A stretch of DNA of 64,000 nt from Pelagomonas calceolata (Eukaryota), in the NCBI GenBank assembly GCA_918797485.1, contig CAKKNE010000004.1, positions 3,286,001 to 3,350,000 on the forward strand, written 5' to 3'. Below, piece after piece: positions 27,622 through 38,489 of the stretch (positions are counted from its first letter, which is position 1; every line of letters begins with the position of its first letter). A program made the position numbers and the translations under genes. A model generated the notes under the pieces. The model saw only the letters and a list, made by a program, of their open reading frames with translations, was not told the DNA's origin and did not search any database.

Positions 27622-28137
27622 ATGGCCTCACAACCCACAAAAACGATCGAACCGATGACGCCCAACCGCGCGAAGACCGTGGTCGGTGTCGTGCTCGACG
27701 ACCGCGACGAGCACACGGCTGCCGCGCAGCTCGACCGACTCCTGCAGCGTCCGGGCTACCGGCATCATCTCACAGACGCATGCGCGGCGACGCAAGAGAT
27801 TCTACTCGGCCACGCCGACGCCGAGGAGCGCGCGGCGGCGGCGAAAACCCTCGACGCTGTCGCCGCGAGGCATGGTATTACTCTGCGCTTTCGGGCCGGT
27901 ACCCTCGACGGTGCTGGTACCATGGTAGCGCTCGTGGACGCACGAACAGCTCTGGCGACACCGACAAAGCGCAGAGCCCTGGCGGACGAGAACCGCCGGC
28001 GCGCCGACGCCGACGAAGACGCGTCGGAGTCGGCGTCGACCGCGCCGCTCCTTCGGCTCGACGACGAGACCTGCGCGCCGCCGAGCACGCCGCTGAAGCC
28101 GCGCAAACGCGAACGCGGCTGCTGGTGCCGCGGCTAG
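27622..28137 (+). CDS. Hypothetical protein
   Basis: 171-aa ORF with plausible composition; Cys-containing C-terminus (RGCWCRG). Confidence 0.55.
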   Translation: MASQPTKTIEPMTPNRAKTVVGVVLDDRDEHTAAAQLDRLLQRPGYRHHLTDACAATQEILLGHADAEERAAAAKTLDAVAARHGITLRFRAGTLDGAGTMVALVDARTALATPTKRRALADENRRRADADEDASESASTAPLLRLDDETCAPPSTPLKPRKRERGCWCRG

Positions 28138-28183
28138 GACGACTGGTAAGTCACTGTGTATGATACTACGAGTAGGAAACAAT

Positions 28184-31100
28184 TTACAACCTCGCGCGCG
28201 CCGACGCCTCGTCCTCGGCCAGCTGGAGCAGGTTCTGCTGCGACGGCGAGCGGCCCTTCGCCGCGTCGACCAGGGCGCGGAAGCGCGACGCCGCGTCCGC
28301 CAATAGCGTGGCGGGCGCGTCGTACTCGAGCACCTTCCCATCATCTAAGACCAGTACCCTATCCGAGTCCAGGATCGTGTGCAGGCGATGCGCGATGGTG
28401 ATCGTCGTCGACCCGACGAAGCCGTCTCTGATTTGCCGCTGGATCGCCGCGTCGGTCTCGTTGTCTATTGATGCGGTCGCCTCATCTAACACGAGGATGC
28501 GAGGCTTCCGTAATAAAGCTCGCGCGATGCACACGAGCTGCCGCTGGCCCACGCTCAGGTTCGAGCCCCCCTCCTGGAGCACCTCCTGCAACCCCTTGTC
28601 GTAGGACTTGACGAGTGAACCGAGCTCCGCCTTTTTCAAGGCGCCCAGTACTTCCTCGTCGCTGTATTCGTCGAAGGGATCAACGTTGAAACGCAACGAC
28701 GCGGAAAACAACACGGGGTCCTGGGGGATGATGAAGAGGCCCCGCCTTAACTCCCTCAGACCTAATTTGCGCGTGTCCATCCCATCGATAGAGATAGAAC
28801 CGCCATCTAGCTCGACGATGCGAAATAGAGCCGCCGCTAACGAAGATTTGCCACTACCCGTTCTTCCCACAACCCCAACCCGATGACCACCTTGTATCGA
28901 TAGAGATACGCCCTTCAAAACGAGGGGACCGTCCCGATACCGCATCTTCGCATCGTCGACCACGATGCTACCGATCGACGGCGTCCACGCGTCATTTGTT
29001 AATGAAACAACTTCAGCCGCCTCCCGGGGTACCAACGGCTTCTCGTCGCTATTCTTGTCCCGGAAACAATCCCCATACTCCCCAATCCTTTCAATGGCGG
29101 CCATATTTGAGGCTAATAAAGTCGACAAGCGCACCGCGTTCTTCAAAAACCCGGTGATCTCGATGCACGCCGCTAGGGCCAGTCCTAGTAATCCAGGAGA
29201 TAACAGAGAACCTTTCGACGCGACAGCCAACGCCGCGACGGACGCCGACGAAATGGCCGCGAGCTGATCTAGTCTGACAGCGAGCCAGTTGTACGCTAAT
29301 TGCTCGTTGACCACACATGAATTCAAGCCGTCCAACCGGTCTCGTAACCGCGCCTCGAAGCGCGCGACCGCTCCATACGCTCTAACAGTAGAAACACCGT
29401 TCAGAATCTCCGTGAAGTCACTTACGACCGGCGAGCGCGCTAATTTGGCCAACCGCGAGATTTGGGTCGACGAGAATCTAAACCTTCGATCGATCTGCCT
29501 GTAGACGAGTATGAGCGGCACGGCCAACACCAGATACATGCCTTTGGTAGCAACACATAATGCCACTACAGCTCCGATCACATAGGACGCGACGCCGGAA
29601 AACTCGGACATCGTCCTGCTTAATTCCGTGTCCACCGTCAAGATATCTCCGCTGAATCTGTTAAGTACTCTACCAATAGGCGTCACGTCGAAGAACGCCG
29701 TCGGGGCAAACAAAACTCTTTCTAGAACGGTCGCATGTAATGTATCTGCGGCTCTAATACGATGATGAGCTAATACGACCCCTCGAATAGCCAAACCCGC
29801 AACAGCACCTAAAGCGTAGGCCAAATATCTATAAACGAACTGCATGACCTCGTGTCGGCCCGGATCGTCGTGTCGCGTCGTCCACCGGGCCAGATAAAAC
29901 TGTCCGGCAACCTCCGACGCCCGTCCCCCTAAGAGAGCACATAAGGCCACACAAATCCAGCCCCAGCCGCCCGCCCGCGCGAAGACGAACCACGTTCTGT
30001 TACTGACAAGTCCTTTCTGGGCACCTTCGGCCGACGTTAATTTCCCGTCCTGCTCCTCGTCCACTTCGACGGCCTCGACGGAAACGCCCGTGCTCTCGAC
30101 GGCGATGGCCTCCACGACCGGTGTCTCGGTCTTTTTGTTGTCGTCTTCAGTGGTCAACTCGCCCATGTCCACACCCTGTTGTGTAAGTTCGTCATAGCTA
30201 CCAGTTGCGGCGATTTCTCCATCCCGCATGACCACCACCAAGTCGCATCGAGGTAGGACCGCGGCGTGGTGCGTCACTAATATACGAGTTCTCCCCTCGA
30301 AGGCCTTGCCGGCGATGCACTTGTTGACTAAGTGTTCCGACACGTGCGCGTCGACCGCCGACAACGGATCGTCCAATAGTACAAGACTATTCGTCGAGTA
30401 GGCCGCTCGCGCTAGTGCTACGCGAGCCTTCTGCCCACCGGACAAGTTAATGCCTCGTTCCCCGATCTCGCAGTCCGCGCCGCCCGGTAACTGCCCCAGA
30501 TCATCCTTCAGAGCGCACTGGGCCACTACCGAAGCGAACCGACCGTCGTCGTACGCCTCCCCGAACGTGACGTTATCCCTCAAAGTCGCGTTCAAGACCC
30601 AGGGCACCTGGGCGCAATAAGCCACACCCTTACTGGTGTCTACGGAACAGGAACCTTCAACAGTTTCCATCTCGCCCGCGAGAGCCGCTAGCAACGAACT
30701 CTTGCCGGAGCCGACGGGGCCGACGACGCCGACTAATGATCCTGATGGTATTTTGAGCGAGATGTTTCGCAGCGTCGGGGGCTTCACCTCCGCCGGCGTT
30801 TCTTCGTCGGGCTTGGGCGCCTGGCCGCCTTCTACTTCAGTAGGCTTCTCCAACGACCACGCAAAAGAACCATCTTTCATCACAACGGCGTGCTCTTCGG
30901 ACGACCCGCTTGCGTTCTGAGTAAGCTCGGGCGCGACCAAAAACTTGGCCATGCGCCGCGCTGACACCCTATATGTGAGATAAGTGATGAGGCAGAACGG
31001 CAGGAACGCTAATGGCAATCTCAGTAGCGCAAACAAAGCTAGAGTAGAAAAGGCCGTCGACGCATCTAAGGATCTACCAAGTTTCCGCGTATAGTACCAG

Positions 31101-32167
31101 AAGATCAAAACGGGCTGGAAGATGGGCGCGCCGAGCATAATAACGGCAAATCCTAGCCCTATGATAAAACCCTGCCTCCATAGTACTTTGGATTCGTTAT
31201 CTCGCAACGCCATGACCTTCTTGAGGAAGGGCCGCTCCCAGGCTAAGTACTTGACGACGCGCACGCCACCCAAGACTTCGTTCATTACCTTTACTCTTTT
31301 GTCGGCATGTCTCAAGTACTCTTTCTGGTACTTTAAGTAGGGTATGAATACGAGAAACTGCAACGGTACGATGGCCAGCATGAAACCCAACCCTACTAGT
31401 GTGCATTGCCACCCCAGGATGTTATTTAACAGTAGTAAGCATAGCGTGATAATCACTGGTCCGGAGAACAGAATACCAATAAACAATAACAGTCTTTGTA
31501 CGGAAAAAGCATCCACGGAAAACAACGTGACGATCTTCCCCGTGTCGTACTCCGCTCTAGCGGTAGGTGACAATCTAAGAGCTTTTTCATACAACGCTAA
31601 TGATACGGCCGAGTACATCTGGCTCCCAAAGTGGACCATGCACGTGTCGTACCTCGAACGACATAGACTCCCAATTGTAGGTGCTAGATACAGCGCCGCG
31701 ACGATGGTCCACTGCGCCCTCATTGACAAGTTGCCCCGTCCCTCGAAATGCTTGACCAGAATATTCAGGCAGACGGCCGGGACTAGTTGTAGAACGCCTT
31801 CGACGAAGTAGCACAATAACGCCGTGAAAAACCGTAAGTAGCCGCCGTCTAGAGACCTCAGCTGCGCGCCGAACAGGTCCGGTACTTTGCCGTTCTTCAT
31901 GGCCTTGTCGGCGAGGGGGTCCCAGGCCTTCCTGAATCTTTGAGAAACGTTGGCGGCCTGGTCCGACGGGATGGGCCGGCCCATGTCCCTTAGCGTAATA
32001 TCCGAGCCTTTGGCTAACAGAGGCGTCAAGAAATGAAGAGTAAGTCTATTAGCGCAGCCCGCCGTTTCCTCCCGCGACGGTCGTTTCGCGGCTTCTTGGA
32101 TTTCTTCTATAGTAACGAGCTTCATCATGGCCGTCTCCTGCTCGGTCATTTTCGACTTCGCGGCCAT
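28184..32167 (-). CDS. ABC transporter subfamily C (MRP-like), full-length TMD-NBD-TMD-NBD
   Basis: GPVGSGKSS, IGERGINLSGGQKAR, LLDDPLSAVDAH; FFDVTPIGRVLNRFS; GRTGSGKSS, NLSVGQRQL, LDEATAS, TIAHRL. Confidence 0.97.
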   Translation of the reverse strand: MAAKSKMTEQETAMMKLVTIEEIQEAAKRPSREETAGCANRLTLHFLTPLLAKGSDITLRDMGRPIPSDQAANVSQRFRKAWDPLADKAMKNGKVPDLFGAQLRSLDGGYLRFFTALLCYFVEGVLQLVPAVCLNILVKHFEGRGNLSMRAQWTIVAALYLAPTIGSLCRSRYDTCMVHFGSQMYSAVSLALYEKALRLSPTARAEYDTGKIVTLFSVDAFSVQRLLLFIGILFSGPVIITLCLLLLNNILGWQCTLVGLGFMLAIVPLQFLVFIPYLKYQKEYLRHADKRVKVMNEVLGGVRVVKYLAWERPFLKKVMALRDNESKVLWRQGFIIGLGFAVIMLGAPIFQPVLIFWYYTRKLGRSLDASTAFSTLALFALLRLPLAFLPFCLITYLTYRVSARRMAKFLVAPELTQNASGSSEEHAVVMKDGSFAWSLEKPTEVEGGQAPKPDEETPAEVKPPTLRNISLKIPSGSLVGVVGPVGSGKSSLLAALAGEMETVEGSCSVDTSKGVAYCAQVPWVLNATLRDNVTFGEAYDDGRFASVVAQCALKDDLGQLPGGADCEIGERGINLSGGQKARVALARAAYSTNSLVLLDDPLSAVDAHVSEHLVNKCIAGKAFEGRTRILVTHHAAVLPRCDLVVVMRDGEIAATGSYDELTQQGVDMGELTTEDDNKKTETPVVEAIAVESTGVSVEAVEVDEEQDGKLTSAEGAQKGLVSNRTWFVFARAGGWGWICVALCALLGGRASEVAGQFYLARWTTRHDDPGRHEVMQFVYRYLAYALGAVAGLAIRGVVLAHHRIRAADTLHATVLERVLFAPTAFFDVTPIGRVLNRFSGDILTVDTELSRTMSEFSGVASYVIGAVVALCVATKGMYLVLAVPLILVYRQIDRRFRFSSTQISRLAKLARSPVVSDFTEILNGVSTVRAYGAVARFEARLRDRLDGLNSCVVNEQLAYNWLAVRLDQLAAISSASVAALAVASKGSLLSPGLLGLALAACIEITGFLKNAVRLSTLLASNMAAIERIGEYGDCFRDKNSDEKPLVPREAAEVVSLTNDAWTPSIGSIVVDDAKMRYRDGPLVLKGVSLSIQGGHRVGVVGRTGSGKSSLAAALFRIVELDGGSISIDGMDTRKLGLRELRRGLFIIPQDPVLFSASLRFNVDPFDEYSDEEVLGALKKAELGSLVKSYDKGLQEVLQEGGSNLSVGQRQLVCIARALLRKPRILVLDEATASIDNETDAAIQRQIRDGFVGSTTITIAHRLHTILDSDRVLVLDDGKVLEYDAPATLLADAASRFRALVDAAKGRSPSQQNLLQLAEDEASARARL

Positions 32168-32719
32168 GCTTGACGTTGAACGCTCGGCGGTTTAATTTAG
32201 GCTTCGTCGACGGCGTTTCGACCGCGTGCGGTTGCGCGGCGGTGTCGCGGTGTTCGCTGTGCGTCCGGCGAAACAAATGCCGCGTCGCGCGTCCCGCGGG
32301 CGGCCGGAGAACGCGCTGGCTTGTTGAACGCGTGTAGCAGCTAGGCTAGGGCGCAGCAGCTCGTCCGAGCCGCTGCGCTTGAAGTGAATATCACTACTAG
32401 CGTGTTGCACCAATGCAACGCAGGTCGTCGCGTGTGCACGGCCGTCAAGACGTGTTTTTGTCTCAACCTGGTCACCGAACCCGTACTTTAGCCGTTTGAC
32501 GCTATGCAGGAGCAGAGGGAGCCATCTGACAGGAACGGATCCCTAGATCGTATTGGCCTCGTTTCAGCTTGCGGCGGCGCGGGCGCCCGGTGCCTGTTAG
32601 ACGAAGCTTGTTAGACGCGCCTGATTCGCGCACTGCTGGCCGAACAAGCGCCAACGCAACTAACGGTACGCCAAAAAAGACGCACGGAGCTGCCCGCTGT
32701 CATCACACCATCAGAGACA

Positions 32720-34876
32720 ATGCTGCTCACCCCAGACCGCCGGCTGCCCCGCGGCGACCTCGACAGCCCCTTCGCCATGGACATTCTTGGTGAGAAGGGC
32801 GAGTGGCGCGGGTTGTCGGCGTCGCCGGCGGCGCGCTACCGCGCGTCGTCGCCGATATTCTCGCCCCTCGAGTCGCCGGCGCCGCCAAGGTCGCCGCCGC
32901 CGCCGTCGCCACCCATGCCGACGCTCCGTCAGACGGCGGGACGCGCACCGCCGCCACCACCGGTGCCCGACGACGCCGAACAAAAACGCCGCCGCCTGAC
33001 GATGAACGCCATCGCGCGGGCCGCGCGGCGCCGCGACGGCGCGCGCGTCGTGGGCAACGCGATGCGGCGCCTCTCGGGGAAGCAGCGGGACGCGGCCTTC
33101 CGCCGCTGGCACGTGTTATCAAAGGACGAGAGGTGCGAGGAGCAGGAGGAGCGCAGCGACAAGGTCAACACGCTGCTGCAGGCCGTGCGCCAGCTCGAGG
33201 GCCGCCTGTCAAATGCGCTCGCGGCGCAGCAAGACGTGAATAAGGCGGGCGCGGCGCGGCTCGCGTCGATCTTTCGGAATAGAGAAAGGCGCGCCGTGCG
33301 CCACGCGTGGTTGAGTTTGAGAGCTACTATGTACGTCGCGGTCGACGTGGCCGCGTATAAAGCGATGGAGAAGGAGCGGCGCGAGGCCGAGGCGGCGCGC
33401 ATCGCCGCGGTGCGCAACGCCGCGGAGCACCAGATCGCACTCGACGCCGCGGACGCGGCGCGCGCGGCCGCCGAGCGCAACAACGCAAATATCGTCGAGG
33501 ACGCGCGGGCCCAGCTCGACGCCGCCGAGGCGCTGCGCAGCAATCTATCAGACGGCCTGGAGGCGGCTCACAAAGAATTGGAGGAGGCGCGGGCCGAGAC
33601 CGGGGCGGCGAACGACGCGGCCGAGGACGCGACGGCCATCGCTGTGGAAAGAGCCGAGCGCATCCACGAGCTCGAGCGGTCGCTGGCGGAAGCGGTTGCC
33701 TTGCAGGTGGCGCGGGCGGAGCTCGAGGAGAGGTTGGCAAGGGAGCGCGACGGCGCGCTCGGAGATTTGGACGCCGCGAAGCGCGACCACGACGAGGCCC
33801 TGGCGCGGGAACGGCGACGCCAGGACGCCGTGCGGTGCGCCCACGACGACGAGCTTTCGGAACTACAGAGCGCCGCCGCGGCCCGCGAGCGGAAGGACAC
33901 ATTGTATCGTATGAAGATGGTCTCGAGCGCCCGGCGCAGCGGCGCGTCCTTCTGCTTCATGGTGCTGCGGCGGTGGCGGAAAGGGCGGGTGACCCAAGCC
34001 TGGCGCTCGTGGGCGGACGCGACGGCGCGCCGCCGCGTCGCGCGCGCGAAGGCGGAGCGATTTATAAGACGCCTCGAGCACAAGCGCGCGGCGAAGGCCT
34101 GGTCTTTATGGGAAGCCGAGGCCCGCGACCGCGCAGAGAAGCGGCGGCGCGCCTTGGAGACGCTCCTCAACCGCCGGGCATCAAACGTGCTCGGCCAGTG
34201 GCGGCGGTCCGCGGCGGAACGGCGGCGCCAAAACATGGCCCTGGAGGCGCTCGTCAAGCGCCGGGCGTCAAACGTTTTGGGCCAGTGGCGGCGCCGCGCC
34301 ACAGAAAAGAGGCGGCAGAGCATCGCCCTCGAGGCGCTCGCGAAGAAGCGCGCTTCCAATATCGTGGCGCGCTGGCGGCAGCACGCATCAATGAAAGCGC
34401 GGACGAATAGTGCGGCGCGGCGGCTCGCGCGGTGCCTGCGCGGGTGGCTCCACCGCGGGACGTACCGCGCTTTCGGAAAGTGGCGACGGGCCGTGATCCA
34501 CGAGGGCGTGCTCGAATATGTGGGGCGGGCGCAGAGCGCCGGGCAGCCCGACGTGCGGCGCCTCTCGAGCGCCGTGTCGAACGTCGACGGTTTTACGTTG
34601 GTTGAGGGCGAGGCGACGCCGCTGACGTTCAAGGGGCGGCCGATGCTGCGCGTCACGGCGCTTTTCGAAGGCCAAGGAGGCGGGCAGCGGCCGCGACCCT
34701 CGGCCGGCCGGCCGCTCGATACCGTCGCGAACCTGGCGCGGACGTCTCGGCGGACGCCCAAGGCGACGCGGACGCCGCGGGCGCGGGCGGCCAACGTACG
34801 GAGGACCCTCACCGCCGGGGCCGACTTCGCCGTCCCGCCCGTGCGCCAGAGCTACAAGCAGACGTGGGGGGACTGA
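32720..34876 (+). CDS. Coiled-coil protein with Sfi1-like Trp repeats
   Basis: Long coiled coil; ~22-aa repeats (LEALVKRRASNVLGQWRR) encoded by ~66-bp DNA repeats near 34140-34380. Confidence 0.7.
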   Translation: MLLTPDRRLPRGDLDSPFAMDILGEKGEWRGLSASPAARYRASSPIFSPLESPAPPRSPPPPSPPMPTLRQTAGRAPPPPPVPDDAEQKRRRLTMNAIARAARRRDGARVVGNAMRRLSGKQRDAAFRRWHVLSKDERCEEQEERSDKVNTLLQAVRQLEGRLSNALAAQQDVNKAGAARLASIFRNRERRAVRHAWLSLRATMYVAVDVAAYKAMEKERREAEAARIAAVRNAAEHQIALDAADAARAAAERNNANIVEDARAQLDAAEALRSNLSDGLEAAHKELEEARAETGAANDAAEDATAIAVERAERIHELERSLAEAVALQVARAELEERLARERDGALGDLDAAKRDHDEALARERRRQDAVRCAHDDELSELQSAAAARERKDTLYRMKMVSSARRSGASFCFMVLRRWRKGRVTQAWRSWADATARRRVARAKAERFIRRLEHKRAAKAWSLWEAEARDRAEKRRRALETLLNRRASNVLGQWRRSAAERRRQNMALEALVKRRASNVLGQWRRRATEKRRQSIALEALAKKRASNIVARWRQHASMKARTNSAARRLARCLRGWLHRGTYRAFGKWRRAVIHEGVLEYVGRAQSAGQPDVRRLSSAVSNVDGFTLVEGEATPLTFKGRPMLRVTALFEGQGGGQRPRPSAGRPLDTVANLARTSRRTPKATRTPRARAANVRRTLTAGADFAVPPVRQSYKQTWGD

Positions 34877-35224
34877 TTAAGATCTATGGCAGCCCTATAA
34901 GTCCAAAAACCATCTCAAAACCCGCGGGGCGCAGGGTGGAGTAATAGTACCGCTTGAGCGTCATAGAGGTCCTCAGAGAGCTAGCGACCTCTGCCTCCGG
35001 GGCCGAGACCTCCCCGCGCCCCGCGCCCGCGCCTTTACCGGTTTTAGCCTGCCACCCATCAAACCGTCGCGCGGCAGCCGCAAAAGCGCACCAGGCAAGC
35101 CTGTGCCGCCTTGCACGCTGCCCGACGAGGAGAACGGTGAAAAGCACGCGTGCTGTCCACCGCTCGCTGGCTCATTTGCTGCCCAAAGTCCGTGCAACAG
35201 CGCCAACGCCCAGACCAAGCCAGC

Positions 35225-37198
35225 ATGCCCCGCTCCCGCGACCGCTCGTCCCGCGACCGTCGACGCTCGCGCGACGACAGCGACGACGAGGACATCGACG
35301 AGGTCTGGCGCGCCGGGACGACGAAGCCGAGATCGCGGCGCCACGACCGCACGGCGCGCTCCGCGGAGTACGACGAGTTTTTGAGAACAAGACCGGCGCC
35401 AGCCCCGACGCTCAGCCCCCGTGACAAAAACACGAGAAGTTCCTGGGACTTGGCTGCGTTCGCATCCCACAGTGTCGACGTGGACTGGGACGCGGACCCG
35501 CGCGAGGAGCGGCGCCGCGCGCCGAGCGCGGGCTGGGCGACGCGGTTAGCTGCGGCCCAGTCGCACGGCGGCCGAGCGAGGGAACACGACCTCACGGAGA
35601 AGCTGAAGACCTTCGGTTTTTTTGATGATTTCGACGTGGCCGCGGACACGGTGAATGACGGCGACTACTACGCGTCCGACTCGCTGGTCGCCGAGGCTAG
35701 ACGGCGGCTGCGGAAGACCGATCCATCGAAGAAGGACGTTACCACTGTCAAAGATGACAAGATTGACCCGCGCAACCTGTCTGATATTGCCACCGACCTC
35801 GATGCCGCCCTGGGCACCTTGACGCAACGGTTATCGTGTACTGATTTACTACCAGAACAATCACAAGCCTACGAGACGCCGTTGTATGACGCTACGCCTT
35901 CAACTCAAATGGAGATGAAGGGACCCCAAACTCTCAGCCAAATCTCCGAGACGCTCGATGCGGCCCTCTACACCTTCACCAAGTCCTATCAAGCGAAAGA
36001 AGCCGCGGAAAAGGCGGCCCAAGAGGAAATTGAAAAACAACGGGGTCTGGAAAGGGCGGAAATAGAAAAGGAGATCCGGGCCAAGCACTCTTTGGAGCTC
36101 ATGGAGGCCGCGATCGCGCTCGGCGAATGTGATTCTAAAATAGAGGGCGAACGGAGAGACGATGACGCCTACCTGGGACCTATAAGAGACATGCGCCGGT
36201 CTCTGGACGGCGAGGAGCCGCTGCCGCCTGCCCGAAGAGCGGCCACACTCAATGATTCCGTCTTCCACTATCCTCCATCTCAACCGCAGAAGGTCCCGTT
36301 CCTGCCCCTCGGCGCCATGGGGGACACGAGCCTCCCTCCACCCGTGCCGCGCGTCGAGCAGAGGCCGACGGGTTCCCTGAACGACGTGTCGCAGGGCATC
36401 GGCGCCGAGCTCGACCTGGCGCTTGGTTTGATGCAGAAGCGCCTCGGTGCCGAGCAGATGGTCGCGAAGGACGGCGACGTGAAGCCCGACGCCAAACCGA
36501 AGGTTATGGAAGACCCTGAGTCGAAGGGTGAGTTAGATGAAGACGAGAAGAAGAGGCTCATGCGGAAGGAGATCGAGGAGTTCGAGAAGCGCGTCGACGA
36601 TGCGGAAAAGGCGGCGACGGCGCGACGGGAACAACAAGTTGATGATTTAGGATCGGACTGCAGCTCGGAGCCGCGCGACGAGCCCGGCGATTTGGGGCTC
36701 GGCGGCGCGCGCGCGCATAGGTTCGAGACGGAGGAAAGTATAGATAGGTTCCTGGCGGCGGGGCCAGCTAGACCGCCGCGCATTGTTGATGTCGCGGCGC
36801 GGCCGCGATCCGTCGAGCGGCCCCAGCCCCTCCGAGGCTCGTTCGAGCGGTATGATGGAGGCGCTTTACAATCGCGTCGAAGCTACGAGCGGCGCTCGCG
36901 CTCGCCTCCCAGAACTTATGAAAGGCGCTCGCGCTCCCCTCCCAGAACCTACGAGCGGCGGTCGCGCTCGCCACGGGTGAGCTATCCGCAGTCGCCCTTC
37001 GCGGACCTCGCGAACATTTATGACGCGGCGCGCGACCGCCACGAGCGCGTCTCCTACAAGCGCGACGACCGAGTCAGAGTCGTTGAAGAGCGCGCGACGG
37101 AGGCGGACCTGAGCGCGGCCGAGCGTCTGGAACGGGTGAAGACGCTCCGCGAGACGGTACGCAAGGACCTCCGCGGCTACGAGGACGGCACTGCTTAA
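35225..37198 (+). CDS. Hypothetical charged/low-complexity protein
   Basis: 657-aa ORF; recurring IxxxLDxAL motif (3x); 30-bp tandem repeat (YERRSRSPPRT x3) near 36885-36972. Confidence 0.65.
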   Translation: MPRSRDRSSRDRRRSRDDSDDEDIDEVWRAGTTKPRSRRHDRTARSAEYDEFLRTRPAPAPTLSPRDKNTRSSWDLAAFASHSVDVDWDADPREERRRAPSAGWATRLAAAQSHGGRAREHDLTEKLKTFGFFDDFDVAADTVNDGDYYASDSLVAEARRRLRKTDPSKKDVTTVKDDKIDPRNLSDIATDLDAALGTLTQRLSCTDLLPEQSQAYETPLYDATPSTQMEMKGPQTLSQISETLDAALYTFTKSYQAKEAAEKAAQEEIEKQRGLERAEIEKEIRAKHSLELMEAAIALGECDSKIEGERRDDDAYLGPIRDMRRSLDGEEPLPPARRAATLNDSVFHYPPSQPQKVPFLPLGAMGDTSLPPPVPRVEQRPTGSLNDVSQGIGAELDLALGLMQKRLGAEQMVAKDGDVKPDAKPKVMEDPESKGELDEDEKKRLMRKEIEEFEKRVDDAEKAATARREQQVDDLGSDCSSEPRDEPGDLGLGGARAHRFETEESIDRFLAAGPARPPRIVDVAARPRSVERPQPLRGSFERYDGGALQSRRSYERRSRSPPRTYERRSRSPPRTYERRSRSPRVSYPQSPFADLANIYDAARDRHERVSYKRDDRVRVVEERATEADLSAAERLERVKTLRETVRKDLRGYEDGTA

Positions 37199-37209
37199 AT
37201 ACCACACAC

Positions 37210-38097
37210 TTAAGTAATCCTGCGGCTCTTGCCGACGCCCTTGCGCACGCCCGAGGCCTCTCCCCCATAACCCTCGGCCTCGTTGCGCATCTCGCGCACC
37301 TGGCCCTTGCGCCGCACGACGGCCCTGGCGTACTTGATCTTCTTCTTGACGCGCGGGTTGCGGTACTTGTTCGTCCGGTGCGGGGCCAGCCCCTTGTTGC
37401 GCACGACGGCGCGCGACGCCGCGCGCCGGTCGTCGGCCGCCGGCGCGTCGAGCTCGTCTCTCCAACTACCGAAGCGCGGCTTCACCTCGTACTTCTGGCG
37501 CTTCTTCCGCCGTCTTTCCTGGGAAGCGGCGTACAAATCGTCCTCCTCTTGGGGCGCTTCCTCTGTCGGCGTCGGCGTCGCCACGGTCGCGGGCGCCTCC
37601 AATGATGCCGAGGCCTCCAAACTTCGTAAAGCGATTGGCAAACGCTGCGCGATCGGGTGTTGTTGTGGATCGACGCCCTCCGCCCTTAATAATTCGTAGA
37701 AGCCCGCGTCGCATAATAAACCAAGAGCTTGCTGCTCCCTTAACAAACGTAAGATTGTCGCACTTGGCTCGGCGCCCTCGACGGGCGCCTCCAGCACCTC
37801 CAGAGCTCTCTCTGCAATAGCTTTGCGGTCGACACTTTTTCGAGAGCCGCCCTTCCGCCCGAGCGCCGCGAAGAGGTCGCCGCCCTCCTCCTCTACATCA
37901 TCGTCACCATCCCCATCCAACGCGAAGTCGTCCTCGTCCAGCGCCTCCAACGCCTCGCGCTGCTGCGCGCGCGCGAGCGCCTCCTCCTCAACGGCGTCCT
38001 CATCCTTTTGGCCAATTTCTAAATCGGCGGTGTCGCCTCCATAGTAGGTGCGGCGCGACGCGCCCCAGTCCGTCAGGCGCTCGTCGTCGGCGTCCAT
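37210..38097 (-). CDS. UTP3: Sas10/Utp3 SSU processome component
   Basis: WG...YYGGD N-terminal motif; HPI..RL; C-terminal RNKGLAPHR..KYRNPRVKKKIKY..A..RRKGQVR...YGGEASG. Confidence 0.9.
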   Translation of the reverse strand: MDADDERLTDWGASRRTYYGGDTADLEIGQKDEDAVEEEALARAQQREALEALDEDDFALDGDGDDDVEEEGGDLFAALGRKGGSRKSVDRKAIAERALEVLEAPVEGAEPSATILRLLREQQALGLLCDAGFYELLRAEGVDPQQHPIAQRLPIALRSLEASASLEAPATVATPTPTEEAPQEEDDLYAASQERRRKKRQKYEVKPRFGSWRDELDAPAADDRRAASRAVVRNKGLAPHRTNKYRNPRVKKKIKYARAVVRRKGQVREMRNEAEGYGGEASGVRKGVGKSRRIT

Positions 38098-38489
38098 CGC
38101 TGTCTGCTGCTGTCTTGCAAGTGCAGCCTGCACAGCGATGAACTCACGCGCACCGCTGCAATCGATGCGTGCCGCTTGAATGCGAGAATTGGTGCAGTGA
38201 GCACCACTGTTAGCGGGATCTTGGGCTCTAATCAGCGCGGCCAGTGGGCTGTGCTCTGTGCCTCGCTGCCTTTGTTTTTTTGGGCTGCAAAAGCAGGCAA
38301 AATGGCAAAGCCGTAGGCTCCCGTAGAGCTCTATTCTGTGGTCTCCTCGAGCTCTGCCAGGCTCAATCTGACCGCTGCGAACGCGTGTCGCCTGCAGAAC
38401 GGGCCGCCGCCGCGTGCTGGCATTGGCAGCAGCCATATAAGCAGCCGCAGCAATCGCCGGCGCGTCGACGTAGCCGCGCAGCCTGAGCC

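Noticed and set aside
7924..34876. IQ-repeat, Tcp10-like and Sfi1-like genes as a centrosomal gene cluster
   Set aside because: Dispersed among unrelated genes, and the assignments rest on low-complexity repeats.
36885..36972. 30-bp and 66-bp tandem repeats (also near 34140-34380) as CRISPR-like arrays
   Set aside because: In-frame coding repeats without unique spacers; eukaryotic context; no cas genes.
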